Source: Blepharisma stoltei ATCC 30299 (taxonomy: Eukaryota > Protista > Ciliophora). From it: 64,000 nucleotides of DNA. Within the stretch, counting starts at the first letter, position 1. Every line of letters begins with the position of its first letter. Below the pieces are notes generated by a model. The model had not been told where the DNA came from, did not search any database, and worked only from the letters and a program-made list of their open reading frames with translations. The translations under genes and the position numbers were made by a program. The stretch lies in the NCBI GenBank assembly GCA_965603825.1, contig CBFDEM010000050.1, positions 186,001-250,000 of the forward strand, in the 5' to 3' direction. Below are positions 47,987 through 59,801 of this stretch, in pieces.

Positions 47987-48397
47987 TTATCTTACCACTG
48001 GCTTCTTATCTAAAGGGCACAAGCACTTACTCTTGAGTCATTTATCAATACAAGTCTTATGAAAGAGGTGCTTGCAAGGCAGCTCCCTAACAATTTCATC
48101 TTGCTCTAGTTCATGTAAACAAATTGCACACTCTTTCTTAGTCCTTCGGAATTGCAAGGAACCTGGAGTTGATTTTTCAAGTTGGTACAGAAACCCTGGC
48201 CATTTCAATTCTGCGAGAGAATTTAATTGTTCTGACGTGATCCCATGATTTGCTTCTCGTCTTTGGTCTTGCTGGAGAATTTGCACATAAATATTGACTG
48301 CATCTTCTATGTTTACATTCCTATTCTCTCCGTATATAAACAGCTGGCCGGTGCTCAATGAGATCATTGCATCTGTTATAGTTCCTCTATTAAACAT
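47987..48397 (-). CDS. Small RING-H2 E3 ligase, 136 aa; TGA(Trp) at 48038
   Basis: CAICLHE..VRELPCKHLFHKTCIDK-W(TGA)-LKSKCLCPLDK; the RING is complete only if TGA is Trp. Confidence 0.92.
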
Positions 48398-48561
48398 TTT
48401 TACTATAAATTCTTAATTTTGATTAATTAAATATAATTTCAGCCAATTGCAGTAGATCAAGCAAATCTTAGAGAGTACTGTGCAAAGCATTAAAGTTTAA
48501 TTTATTAAAAAATAGTTGTTAAACTTATTTGATATTTTTTATAGGTGCATTATGCACAAAA

Positions 48562-49245
48562 TTACGTGAAATCAACACTATATGAGCGGTCGGGACGGTT
48601 TCCAGCATGATTCATGTCTCCTTGGAATGACATGCTCCTTTCCAGCTTTGTTTCATTTTGTTCTTTAATTTTAAGTCTCGCAAAAGCTTCAAGCTTTTTT
48701 ACAGATCTGACTTCAGTTATGCAATTTTTACAAATAATTTGTTTGGATTTATAGCCCATTATTTCAAGATTGGCTTTATAGTGAGTGCATTTTTTACACA
48801 AAATATTTCCACAAAATCTGCAATAGCTCGATCTTCTATCATTTTGTATCTTCTGAGAACAAATTTGGCACTTTTCTAATATTTTTACGTTGGGCCTTTT
48901 CGAAACTCTTAACGCATAAACTCACTCTGCCATGTCGCACAGCTTCTGAGCTCTTATTCTCCAAAATGTGATAGCACTATCCCTAATAATTATAATAATA
49001 AATTCTCTTAGCTGAGGATCCTGAACTGATACAAAAGTATGCTGGCTCATATTAATTGATGAATCAATTTTTTCATTGTTGTAGCATTGTAAAATCCCTT
49101 GGCTTAATTTTAATTTAATTGGCTGCCAAAATCAGTAAGGACTTGTCTGGCCTTGTTTCATCGTGCATCTATAAAATTGGCCATGAAAATCCTTCGCTTT
49201 GATTTCATCAGTTAATTGTAATTCTTTTGAATAATTGAGTCCCAT
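48562..49245 (-). CDS. PH domain plus FYVE-like zinc finger protein, 227 aa; TGA(Trp) at 49132 and 48922
   Basis: From ATG 49245 (MGLNYS): PH-like strands and terminal helix DMAE-W(TGA)-VYAL, then CQIC..CRFCGNILCKKC..ICKNC. Confidence 0.78.
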
Positions 49246-49342
49246 ATTTAATTATATTTTCAACTATTTTTAGTTTTGCTGTTTTGTCAGATTCTATAGA
49301 TAACTACTAACAAATCATTTGTGTTATAATTCAGAGACAAAA

Positions 49343-50758
49343 ATGAGTTTTCCAGTGAAAAGGGAGTGATTGATTAGCTCACAATCAGATGAAATCAGGG
49401 ATCATTATAAATTCACAAGCACAACACTTGGAGAAGGGTCGTATGGGTTTGTGAAGATTGCTACAAGAATAACAGACAGCTCTAAAGTTGCTGTAAAAAT
49501 TATTCCTAAAAAGAAAATTAAAAGACCAGAATTGCTTACACGTGAAATTGAGATAATGAAGACGGTGGATCATCCAAATATAGTCAAACTATTTGAAACA
49601 TTTGAAGATTCCAGGTTTATTTATCTCCCAATGGAACTATGTGAAGGAGGCGAGCTCTTTGACCGAATCATTAATGAAGGCCACTTTTCAGAAAAAAAGG
49701 CTTCGTTTACATTTCTGTTTATGCTTTCAGCTGTAGCTTATTTGCATAGCAGAGACATAGTTCACAGAGATCTTAAACCAGAAAACTTCTTGTATGAAAC
49801 GAAAGACCCAGATTCAAAGTTAAAACTTATAGACTTTGGGCTATCAAAAATGACTGGAAAAAACAAGGATCTCACAACAAAAACTGGAACATGCTACTAT
49901 GTGTCTCCTGAAACATTATCTGGGCATTATAATGAAAAATGTGACGAATGGAGCTTAGGAGTCATTTTATATATGATGCTTTCTGGGTATCCTCCATTTG
50001 ATGGAGAAAGTGATAGTGAAGTGCTTCATAGCGTGAGACATAATCAATTGGAATTTGACGGAGCTGTATGGGACGATGTTTCTCCAGCAGCAAAAGATTT
50101 GATAACAAAGCTACTTGATAGAAATATAGAGACAAGAATAACTGCTCAAGAAGCATTAGGACACACTTGGCTACTACAAAATGAAGAGTGCCCTTATCAG
50201 CCTCTGTCACTTGACATCCATCAGTTAAGAAGCTACCGCAACTCAAATAAGTTCAAAAAAACTGTTCTTAATTATATTGCTACTCAATGCTCACCAAGAG
50301 AACTAGAAGGGATGATTGATGTATTCAGGCAACTAGATACAAACCATGATGGAAAATTAACATTATTAGAACTGCAAAACTCGATTCTCTCATCTGATGT
50401 AAGCATACCTGAGCTTGAAGAATTAATTATTTCTATTGATACTGATGGGTCAGGAACTATAGATTTAACTGAGTTCTTAGCGGCCATGATGGACAAAAGG
50501 GTATATTTAAGCCAAGAAAAATTATGGAATGCTTTTAAGAGATTTGATATCAATGGGAGTGGGAAAATAACTGCACATGAGCTCAGAGAAGTCATGGATC
50601 AAGAGCACTTAATTCCAAACCCAGAGATTTGGCAAGAAATCGTACAAGAAGTGGATGCTGATGGAGATGAAGAAATCAGCTATGATGATTTCGTAAAAAT
50701 GATGGAAAGGACTTCATCGGAAACTGCAGAAGTGGTTAGGAAAAGCTTGACTCTTTAA
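49343..50758 (+). CDS. Calcium-dependent protein kinase (CDPK), 471 aa; TGA(Trp) at 49367
   Basis: MELCEGGELFDRI, HRDLKPENFL, IDFGLS, four EF hands; the true ATG lies upstream of the TTG start used by the track. Confidence 0.95.
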
Positions 50759-50858
50759 TTTAGAAGTTATTCAGTAATTAAACTATTAAAATATATTTGA
50801 AGATATATGTTAAAAATACTTGAATTAATGGATAGAATAATGATATAAATTAAAGAAA

Positions 50859-52388
50859 TTAGCGAGTTATGCCAGATAATTCATAAATGAGGGTTTTTGA
50901 ATAGTTAACTCTTTCACAAAGTTGAATGAAAAAATTGGTTGGAATAGTAGCTTCAACCGTAGTCAAGCATTCAACACATTGTGATTTTTTGCAAAATCTA
51001 CACAAAAAATGACCACATGGGATTATAATTTTGGCTTCTGAAAGAGGCTCCAAACAGCTCATGCACAGAATTGATCGCTCTATCATGTCAATTGCATTAT
51101 TGAATTTTTTCATTGAGTCTTTTATCCTCACGCTTTGCTCAAGAGCTTCTTCAGTATTTTTTAGCTTTGAGCAGAATCTTTGTGCTTCGCCCTGATATTG
51201 TTGGCATGATTCTATTTATTAGTTACCTTGAAGGTCTTTATTTACTTTTTCGTAAAACTTCACTTTTTCTTCTAAGTCATTTATGATTGCATTATAATCG
51301 TCTTTTATTTTATTTAATTCAGAGTTTCAGCCATTGGTATATTTGCTAGAAATTTCAGTTAATTGAGAGATCTCACTGCAAAGCCTTAAGTTTTCTGACT
51401 CTAAAGCTAAAGATTTTGATTTTGCTTGATCTAAATATTTGTTGAGGTTTATATTTTCTTCGGTAATTTTACTATTCTCTGACTCTAAATCTGAAATTTG
51501 GGTATCCTGAGCTTCAGTTTTCTTTAGTATCTCTTTGCTGATACACTCTGATTTTTCTTTTTCAAAGATGTGCTCTTCTATTTTGTCTTGGAGCTCTTTT
51601 ATTTTAGACTTTAATTGCTCATTTTCAATCATATATTCATTGTTTTCTAAGCTATGTTTTGCTTTGGATTGAATTTCTTTTACGCTTTGAAGCTCATTTT
51701 GTAGGCTAAATTTCTCCTCTGCTATCTTCCTATATTATATTTACTCTTTTTCTGACTTAAGCACACTATTTTCATGCGCTAATTTTTTAAGTTCTTTGTT
51801 TAGCCTTCTGAAATCATTTGATTCTTGACCAGAAGCGCTTTCAATTATTTTAATTTTCTTTTCCAGTTCTTCAATATAAGAGTTTCTATTTATTATATCT
51901 CCTTCCAATTTCTTAATAACTTTCTCTTTTTCTTCCACTTTCTGCTTTATTTGATTTTTGCTTATTTTAGCTTTTTCAATTATTTCGTTATTTTCTTGTA
52001 TTTTTGCTTGGAGGTTTGCTATTTCAATTTCTTTTTTTTCTTCATCAAATCCTTGAATCCTTAATTCTTGCAGTTTTTGAATTTCCATGTCTCGTTTCAG
52101 TATTTCTTCATTCATCTTCGTTTCAACCAACCCTATATGATTTTTATACATAATGGCTTGCTCTTCAATACTCCTTAATTTATTCAGTTCATCTCTTTCT
52201 AATTTTCATAGCTTAGCAATTTCTGCAAGATTTGACTGAAGATTTGATATTTTTATATCTCGATCTCTGAGCATTTCTTTCATTTCATTAACTTTGTTTC
52301 TTAGAAGATCTAAAATTTTTCGATCATCAAGATTTGCTGCCTGCAATTGGCCATTGACTTTTTCAAGACGGGGCGGATTTCTACTCAT
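50859..52388 (-). CDS. Coiled-coil protein with C-terminal RING-HC finger, 499 aa; introns 51730-51744 and 51212-51226; TGA(Trp) at 52206 and 51327
   Basis: Four track ORFs join in frame; CMSCLE..IPCGHFLCRFC..CVEC. Confidence 0.83.
51212..51226 (-). other. 15-nt intron GTAACTAATAAATAG
   Basis: Consensus intron; removes an in-frame TAA. Confidence 0.85.
51730..51744 (-). other. 15-nt intron GTAAATATAATATAG
   Basis: Consensus intron; removes an in-frame TAA. Confidence 0.85.
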
Positions 52389-52485
52389 TTGTTTGCTCTT
52401 AAAAAACCTTTTCCATCATGCTTAAATTTTCGTATTTTTATGACTATTATATAATAAAGAATGCTATTCTGAAAGTTTTAATAGA

Positions 52486-55400
52486 TTATTGCTTTGGCTG
52501 TGTAGCTTGCATAATCCTTTTCGCCCCCATAAGCCAGTTCGAGTTTTCATTCCACGACGCATTTGTTAGTGATAAATGTGCTCCCATTGCTGTCTTTATA
52601 TCTCCTGACTCAAAAGCAGTTGTCATTTGTTGGATAAGCTGCATGATAGACTCATTAAATTCTTGATTCTTCAACTTATTAAAGAAATCTTGCATGCGGC
52701 TTTCCACATCTTTGTATAACCTACTAGTTTGGGTAATTGAAGGCTGCTGAATTGCATCTGCCCAAAATCTTGCAATTGGCATTAAATTATTAGGAATTCC
52801 GCTTAAATCGATTCCTTCTGCTTGTTTTGTTTCAACTTTTCTCTCTGGTGGCTTAAAAGCTCCTGGAGTTCTTACTGGAGGCCTAGGTACACTAACAGCG
52901 TGTGGTATTGGGGCTTGAGCTTTTACAATAGGTGGAGGCTCTTTTGCAGCTTCATATTGCTGTCCCATTTGTTGGAAATTTGGAGTTTTGACAGGAACTT
53001 CTTGTTGAGTAAGAACAGGCTGGAATACTGGAGGTCTAGGGATTACTTCAGGCTCTTTTACTGGTGTATTAATAACTGGAGGTGGCGGAGGATTTGGCCT
53101 GGCTATAGGCGGTGGAGGAATTGTTTGTTTTATAACAGGTGGAGGAGGAGGTGGGGCAATGGTTTCTCCTGAGTGAGTATCACTATGCACATTTCCTTGA
53201 TTTCCAAATGGAGAAGTCATTATGCCAACTGGAGGTGGAGGGACTTCTTCTCTAGTTACTGGGAATGGAGATGCATGAGTTTTTCCAAAAGGTGAAGTTT
53301 TAGGCTCAATTGGAGGTGGAGGAACCATACTACCCTGAAACGCTTGATTTTTGACTGGCTGAGGTGGAGGAGGGTGAATAGGAGCATTAACAACTTTTGG
53401 ATGGGGAGGATCTGGAATTGACCCTTTCCTAATAGGAGCTTCGCTATATGGAGGAGAAGTCCTAGAAACAGGAACAGGGAATGGATCATGCTTAGTTTCT
53501 TTTGTCTTTGGAATTGACTGCTCAATTGTTTTTCTTTTTTGAGTGACGGGAACAACATTTGCCACTTGCCATGGAGCTCTTGAATTTCCTGTGGCATTTT
53601 TTGTAACTCTATCAAGTAAAACTAACAAATTCATACAATGCTTTACTGATGGTAATTTTTTAATAATTTCATCAGCTTCTTGATAAAGCCCTGAAGAATA
53701 AAGCAACTGCAAGTATTCATACTCAATATTTTCAAGTAGCTTATTATCAGATAAGCTTCTATTTGATGCTGCTAATGCTGAAGCTTTGAAGAACAAATAT
53801 TGAACTTGGCTTGCGTATTTTTTTCTATCCCCAGCAATGACTCTGCTTGTTTGTGATATCCAAGACTCCACAAGTTTATTGAAATTTCCAGCAACAGCCA
53901 TACAAGCATAAGCAGCTTCAAGCATATTTTCTTCCTCAAGCCTAGCTGCTAATGATAACGCTAATTCATTAACATTATTTTCTCCATGGGAAATTATGAT
54001 TGCAAGAATTTCTTTCCATCGCCCAATTTCAAAAGTTGGTATAATTTCTTCAATTTTTCCATTAAGCAAAGCTAAAAAGGTCGTCTTCAAGAAAAGGTCT
54101 TTTGAGCTTGAAATGACTGCATTTTTTGTTCTTTTAAACAGTTCTGGGCCACCATGTTCAGCAATAATCAGTGCTTCTGCACTTCTTCCGCACATTAAAG
54201 CACAATCAATAGCGCTTTCTAAGTTTTTAATAATCAAATTGTCCTTGATTAATTTTTCTCCAGCTTCATTCCAGTTGATGTTTCTTGAAATTGTTTCATT
54301 GATCACTCTGGAATAATCGATTTCTTGTGTGCGCTTCTGAGGTGACGAGACTTTTTCAGGGGCATGAGTAGCTACTACCTTGTCAAAGAAATTTTGTGCA
54401 TCTAAAGCGCTTAGTTCTGCAAAGGAGACTGAGTCCTGGAAGCTTTGTTTCCTATTTGTGGTGGTTTCTTCAGTTTCTCTCTTTTTTCCTGTGAAAATTT
54501 CAGTTTCTTGGATGATATCTTTTTTATTTAGATCTAGAGATGCTAATAATGAAGACTGGTCTTTTGAGAATTTGGATGAAATTATTTCCCATTGCAGTTT
54601 CTCTTCAGCTGGCATGTGGTGATTTTCAATGTAATATTTGCTGATTTCTTTCCAATTGTCCTGCAAATAAAGCTTGTGAAGGACTGAGCAGCTTTCTTCT
54701 AATTCTTTGTTCTTTATGCTTAAAGCTGATAAATGCACAGAGTTGGAATTTTGGTTGTAAACTGCAATTTTATCTTTAAAGCCAATAGCGGACCCAACCT
54801 TTCTTAAAAGCCATTTTGGAGTATGATTAGTTCCAGGTTTTTTGGTCTCAGTCTTTGGATCATCACTAGTTGTATGCACTTTTTCATTTGGCTCTTTAAC
54901 GCCAGTGTCATAAATGCTTCTAACCTCAATGCTCCCGTCTTCTCCACCAGCAGCTAAAACTCCATACTTTCCAGGCACCCATTTCAATGAGACAACGTCA
55001 GAGTTAACATGATGCTCCACAATTGACAGATTTTCACCCCTCTTAAAATCCCAAATCACCGAAAATCCAGCCCTGTCGCTTGATGCAAAAATTCCTGAAT
55101 CATGAGGACACCAAGCCATAGAAGTGATTCCGTTTTTGTGGTTTTTTTTGAATTCTTTTACAGGCACATCGCTTTTTCTTAAGTCCCATATTTGTAAAGC
55201 TGGGATTTTGGCATCGTCATAAGCCATTATAAATTGGGTTGGAATTTCTGGATTCCACATCAGTGAAGAGCAGGCAGCCTTATTCAGATAAGCTTGGTCA
55301 CATACGTTGAAAAGGGTTCTATTTTGCCTTAAATCCCATACAGTTGCCATTCCATTCATAGAAGCTGCTGCCAAAATGTGCTGGACTTGAGGATTCCATG

Positions 55401-55854
55401 AAAAGGCAGCTAATGCTACACCTTCGTTTGAGCTTCCAAGCTTATAAATATATTGAGAAGGGTCTTGCTTATTAAGACCATCAACATTCAGAATAAACAC
55501 ATCAGATGCTCCGACTGCTAACAAGTTTTGCTTGCTGGGACAGAATTGGATTGTGGTGACTGGAACGCTTTCGAGGATCTTTTCTTCTTTAATAAAGCTG
55601 CGGCTTGGGTCGGATAGTAGCTCATTTTTCTTCCAGAATGATAGAGTCCCTCGTTTTGAGCCGCCCGCAAGAAATCCGTCACCATGCTTGGACCATTCTA
55701 AACATGAAATTGGAGAGCGAGGCTGAAGGGTGTAGATATATTTGAACTCGTTTCTGTCTAAGTAATGGAGCTCTAAATGATCGGCTCCAGTTGCAAGCAA
55801 GTTTTGGTCTTCCCATGCCATGCATCCTTTTCCTTCTAAGTGTAAGGCAAACAT
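52486..55854 (-). CDS. SEC31: COPII outer-coat protein Sec31
   Basis: WD40 (SWNPQVQHILA, WNPEIPTQ, QIWDLR, WCPHD), TPKWL, ACE1 helical region, proline-rich region, C-terminal NWLMGAKRI. Confidence 0.95.
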   Translation of the reverse strand: MFALHLEGKGCMAWEDQNLLATGADHLELHYLDRNEFKYIYTLQPRSPISCLEWSKHGDGFLAGGSKRGTLSFWKKNELLSDPSRSFIKEEKILESVPVTTIQFCPSKQNLLAVGASDVFILNVDGLNKQDPSQYIYKLGSSNEGVALAAFSWNPQVQHILAAASMNGMATVWDLRQNRTLFNVCDQAYLNKAACSSLMWNPEIPTQFIMAYDDAKIPALQIWDLRKSDVPVKEFKKNHKNGITSMAWCPHDSGIFASSDRAGFSVIWDFKRGENLSIVEHHVNSDVVSLKWVPGKYGVLAAGGEDGSIEVRSIYDTGVKEPNEKVHTTSDDPKTETKKPGTNHTPKWLLRKVGSAIGFKDKIAVYNQNSNSVHLSALSIKNKELEESCSVLHKLYLQDNWKEISKYYIENHHMPAEEKLQWEIISSKFSKDQSSLLASLDLNKKDIIQETEIFTGKKRETEETTTNRKQSFQDSVSFAELSALDAQNFFDKVVATHAPEKVSSPQKRTQEIDYSRVINETISRNINWNEAGEKLIKDNLIIKNLESAIDCALMCGRSAEALIIAEHGGPELFKRTKNAVISSSKDLFLKTTFLALLNGKIEEIIPTFEIGRWKEILAIIISHGENNVNELALSLAARLEEENMLEAAYACMAVAGNFNKLVESWISQTSRVIAGDRKKYASQVQYLFFKASALAASNRSLSDNKLLENIEYEYLQLLYSSGLYQEADEIIKKLPSVKHCMNLLVLLDRVTKNATGNSRAPWQVANVVPVTQKRKTIEQSIPKTKETKHDPFPVPVSRTSPPYSEAPIRKGSIPDPPHPKVVNAPIHPPPPQPVKNQAFQGSMVPPPPIEPKTSPFGKTHASPFPVTREEVPPPPVGIMTSPFGNQGNVHSDTHSGETIAPPPPPPVIKQTIPPPPIARPNPPPPPVINTPVKEPEVIPRPPVFQPVLTQQEVPVKTPNFQQMGQQYEAAKEPPPIVKAQAPIPHAVSVPRPPVRTPGAFKPPERKVETKQAEGIDLSGIPNNLMPIARFWADAIQQPSITQTSRLYKDVESRMQDFFNKLKNQEFNESIMQLIQQMTTAFESGDIKTAMGAHLSLTNASWNENSNWLMGAKRIMQATQPKQ

Positions 55855-56016
55855 ATTTTAGTACACCTAGGAAATTATAAGATGAATTAATTTTAATCTT
55901 AAAAATAATAGCTATGGTGTGACTATAAGTTTGTCTTATACTCACTTTACTAGACTATTAGCAAAAACTAATATGCAGCAATAAAAAATTAGAATTTTTC
56001 AACAAATTTATTAATC

Positions 56017-58608
56017 ATGGCTGAAGAAGAGAATTCTGACTCATCTATTCATAGTTTTCCAGAGGTAATAATAAATGAAAACATCCCAGATGCTAATTTA
56101 GAGCTTTTTGACGTTAGAACTGAAGAAATTAATAATGTACCAAATAAGGATTTTTACTCCGAGTGTCTGTCGAAAATCAGAATCAGCACAAAAAACACTT
56201 CATCCGTATTACAACAAGAAAAACAAGTAAAATCCAAAGACCCGTTTAATATCGCAACTTTCGATAAAGAAGAAAGCATCGATGATGTTATTCAAAAGCA
56301 ACTAGATAATATTGAGGTAAAAAATAGACGGAGATCGACTCTAAACAATAATCGTCCTAAGCCACCTCCTCCTCTGATATCTCAAAAAAATATATTTGAG
56401 CCTGGAAGCTGTTTTAGCTGATTTGTAATTAAAGGAAAATGCATTAGAGATATAATCCCAGATTATGAGTTGTTCCACTGCCGCGCAATTTTCAACAATT
56501 TACTCAAAAGCAACCAAGCGTGCTATGAAGCTATTTTTGGCTTAGCCAAACTGTTAGCGCATGAAAGCAAATATGATGAATCAATTCAACTAGTTAAGGA
56601 TGCTCTAAAATTAAAGCCTAATGACCAGCTTTTTCAAACATGATATGCCTTTCTACAAATGAAAAATGCCCGCAAAACAAAATCTGAAGCCCTTAAAAAT
56701 AAAGCTTTATTTGAGAGTCTTTTAAGAAATTACCCAAATGAAATAGAACTATTATGAGGACTAATGGAACTTTCTTTATCAGGTTTGCTGGCCCATAGAG
56801 TAGAAATCGAAGTTCCCCAGCATTATGCGACAAAAATCAAAGATATTGACAATTACTATGGTTATTTGGCTTGGAGTGCAATTTTTTCTAGTGAAGGAAA
56901 AGAGCAGAAATCTTTAGACATCATAAAAGAACTCGCCAGATTAAACCCAACTAAGCCAGAAGCTCATTTGTTTTTATGGGATTACTATTATCATAAAATT
57001 CAAGACTATTCAGCTGCAGAAGATGTATCGACAGAAGCATTTCTCAAAATAACTGAATATGAATGCTACAACGTATTATCTTGCATTAAGTACGCAAAAT
57101 CTTTATTTAAAAACGGAAAATACAGAAACTGCTTTGAGCTTTTGCAGCAAAAATTTCTTGAGCATCCTACCTATACTGTTTTCTTATACCAGTATGGAAA
57201 ACTTTGCACTAAGTCAGAAGACTATTCATTTAACGGCTCAGCTATAGGAGCTTTACAAGAATGCTTAAGAATCTGTGACAAAGGAAGATATGGAGTTATA
57301 CACTATTGGCTTGCAAAAGCTTTCTTACTAGGCAGACATCCAATAGATGCTTATTACTCAATGGAAAGTGCTCTTGAATGTTTGGAACTTTCTGAGCAAA
57401 AGAAAATTGATGAGATGAACCATGAAATGAAAAATTTCAAAGAACAAATTGAAGCTTTAGAATCAGTAGAAAACTTTTTAAAAGGTAGAATAATTACAAT
57501 AGAAGGAATTGAGAGATATAAATTACTTTCTAAAAAAGTCAAAGATCTTCATAGATTCAGCGGGGATATATTACTTGCAAAAATTTTATGGGCAGAAGGC
57601 CACCAAGAAGAAGCGCTATCTGTTTTAACTAAAACTGCTGCAGCATCTGGAGGAAGATTAGCTGCATATTTTCAGCTTTATGAATATTTATGGATAAACA
57701 AAGATTACAACACTTTGAAGCAGCTCTGTAAAGACATGATTAAAAAATGCAAAAATCATCAAATCCCGACAAAGGAATGGATGAAAGCTCATATCTTGTA
57801 TTCAAAAGTCCTTGTCAAGAATTCTAATCCAGCTAAAGCAATTTTATTATTAAAGTGTTTAGCAAAAGTTTTTCCTCCTTTACCTTTTTCTAGTGTCCAA
57901 TATACAAAGCATCTTCAAAAAGCGACATCTATAAAAGACCTTCAAGATTTAAGTAACATCCAAAAAGAAGGACCCTCAAATGAAATCAGCGAATATCTAG
58001 AGTCCCTCACTAAATCTGAATCGCCAAGACCCCTAAGAGAAAGGCGACTTCTTACTGATCAAGCAATGGATGAAGAAAATGAAGAAAAAGCTGGTGAAGA
58101 AATAGAGCTTCCCATAGTAGAAGTTAATGAGAGAAGATCCTTTAGCTTAAGAACAAGAAACATCAAGAAATTCAACTCTTTATCAATTATGACTGAGTTT
58201 GAGGATGAGGAAATGGAAATGATATTGAACAATAAAGGAAATATAAAAAACTTAAACGCCCCTCTACCTACAGGAGAAGGAGCTTATGTTGGCTTCTCAA
58301 TTTGTTCCGAACCAACTTTTTTATATAAAATTGGAAAAATAGCTGCAAGCTTTGGGGTAATGATTGAAGATGGGCTATTTGCTATCCATGACTATATTTT
58401 ACTGTTAGTATACGAAAGAGATCCAGTCTTTTATGAAAAAAGAAAATCAAAAGCTCTATACTGGAAAGTATTTTTGTTTTTGCATTTAAATGACCATCAG
58501 TCAGCACTTGCACTAATTCCAAAAATAAGACCAAGTTTCACTCCAGCAAAAATTGAGAAATTGAACAACATGTTAAGAAGCAAGAACATTGATGTGAAAA
58601 TAAGTTAA
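56017..58608 (+). CDS. TPR-repeat protein, 863 aa; TGA(Trp) at 56419, 56641, 56755
   Basis: Single frame; TPR-like helices (EAIFGLAKLL..ALKLKPND, LNPTKPEAHL, IHYWLAKAF). Confidence 0.78.
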
Positions 58609-58631
58609 CGATAATTAAATGCCTAATAAAA

Positions 58632-59801
58632 TTATTCATAAATTTTACTTACCAACTCAGACACTGCTTGGACCCACTTTTCAGGCTGATCATTTAACTC
58701 TTTGAAGTAATATGTTCGATTAGGTGTAATGATATGAAACTCGCTTCTTCCTTTGACTTCTGCTTTGAGTTCCGGCGAAATTGCAATATCTCCTCTATAC
58801 TCTTCCCCGTTAGGCTCATAATAAGAAATTCTTGGCTCTTCAGAAATAATTAATAATCTTTTCTTATAGATCCATCCTGCCTTTTTCCTGACGATTCCTT
58901 GCAAAATGACTCTTGGCATAACAATTTGCCTAATATGATGAGAATAGTCTGGAACTGTCAATGAAAATATGCAGTCGATATCCAATCCTTGGAAAAATAT
59001 ATGAGATTTTAAGTCGACAATATCGTTCCCACCAATTCTTATAGACGGATCAGGCAGCAGCAAAGATTGAATTAAATCAATTGCAAAAGGAGGCAAATGA
59101 GGAGGAAATTCTATAGCCCCGTTTCTGATTTTATCAAAAGTCATGTATTGGGTCGCTGCTGAAAATGGAGGTTTTCCTACAAGCATTTGGTAGATAATGC
59201 ATCCTAATGCTCATAAGTCTATGGAATAGGTAATCTCCCCTTCATCTAAAACTTCTGGAGCGATATAATCTGCAGTCCCAACAAATGTTTGGCTTGCTGC
59301 AGTCTCCAAGTCATCACAGAGTTTTGCGCTGCCAAACTCTGATAATCTTAAATGGCTGTCTGCAGCGAGGAGAATATTTTTAGGCTTGATATCTCGATGT
59401 ATAATTGACTTTGATCGCATGAATTCTAAAATATTTACTAACTCGCCTGCATAAAATCTAGCAAGCTCGAACGGTAATGGTCCTGCGAACCTATCGATAA
59501 AATGTGCCATATCGCCATTTGGACAATATTCCATAACATAATAATGAAATTCGTTATCTTCAAATGAAGCGTAGAGCTTGAGAATGCCGATGTGTTCTTG
59601 ATTCTTTGACAGCAATTCGCTTTCTCTTTCTTTTTGTTCTGAATTTTCATCTTTTTTTAGGTGAATTTTTTCGATGATTTTGATAGCATACTCTTTGCCT
59701 TGCTCTATATGTTTTGCACGCTCTACTCGGCCATATATACTTTTGCCGACTGTTCCAAGAAATTCGAAGTCCTTCTTTGAGTACTTATTTTTTGTTTCCA
59801 T
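58632..59801 (-). CDS. PDK1-like AGC kinase plus PH domain with degenerate catalytic motifs, 389 aa; TGA(Trp) at 59211
   Basis: YAIKIIEK, IIHRDIKPKN, TFVGTADYIAPE, SIDL-W(TGA)-ALGC, GKPPF, PDK1-type PH (FHIITPNRTYYF). Confidence 0.87.

Noticed and set aside
3747-59213. TGA as selenocysteine or cysteine
   Set aside because: The informative aligned positions are Trp, TGA swaps with TGG in the internal duplication, and I recognised no SECIS element or selenoprotein family.
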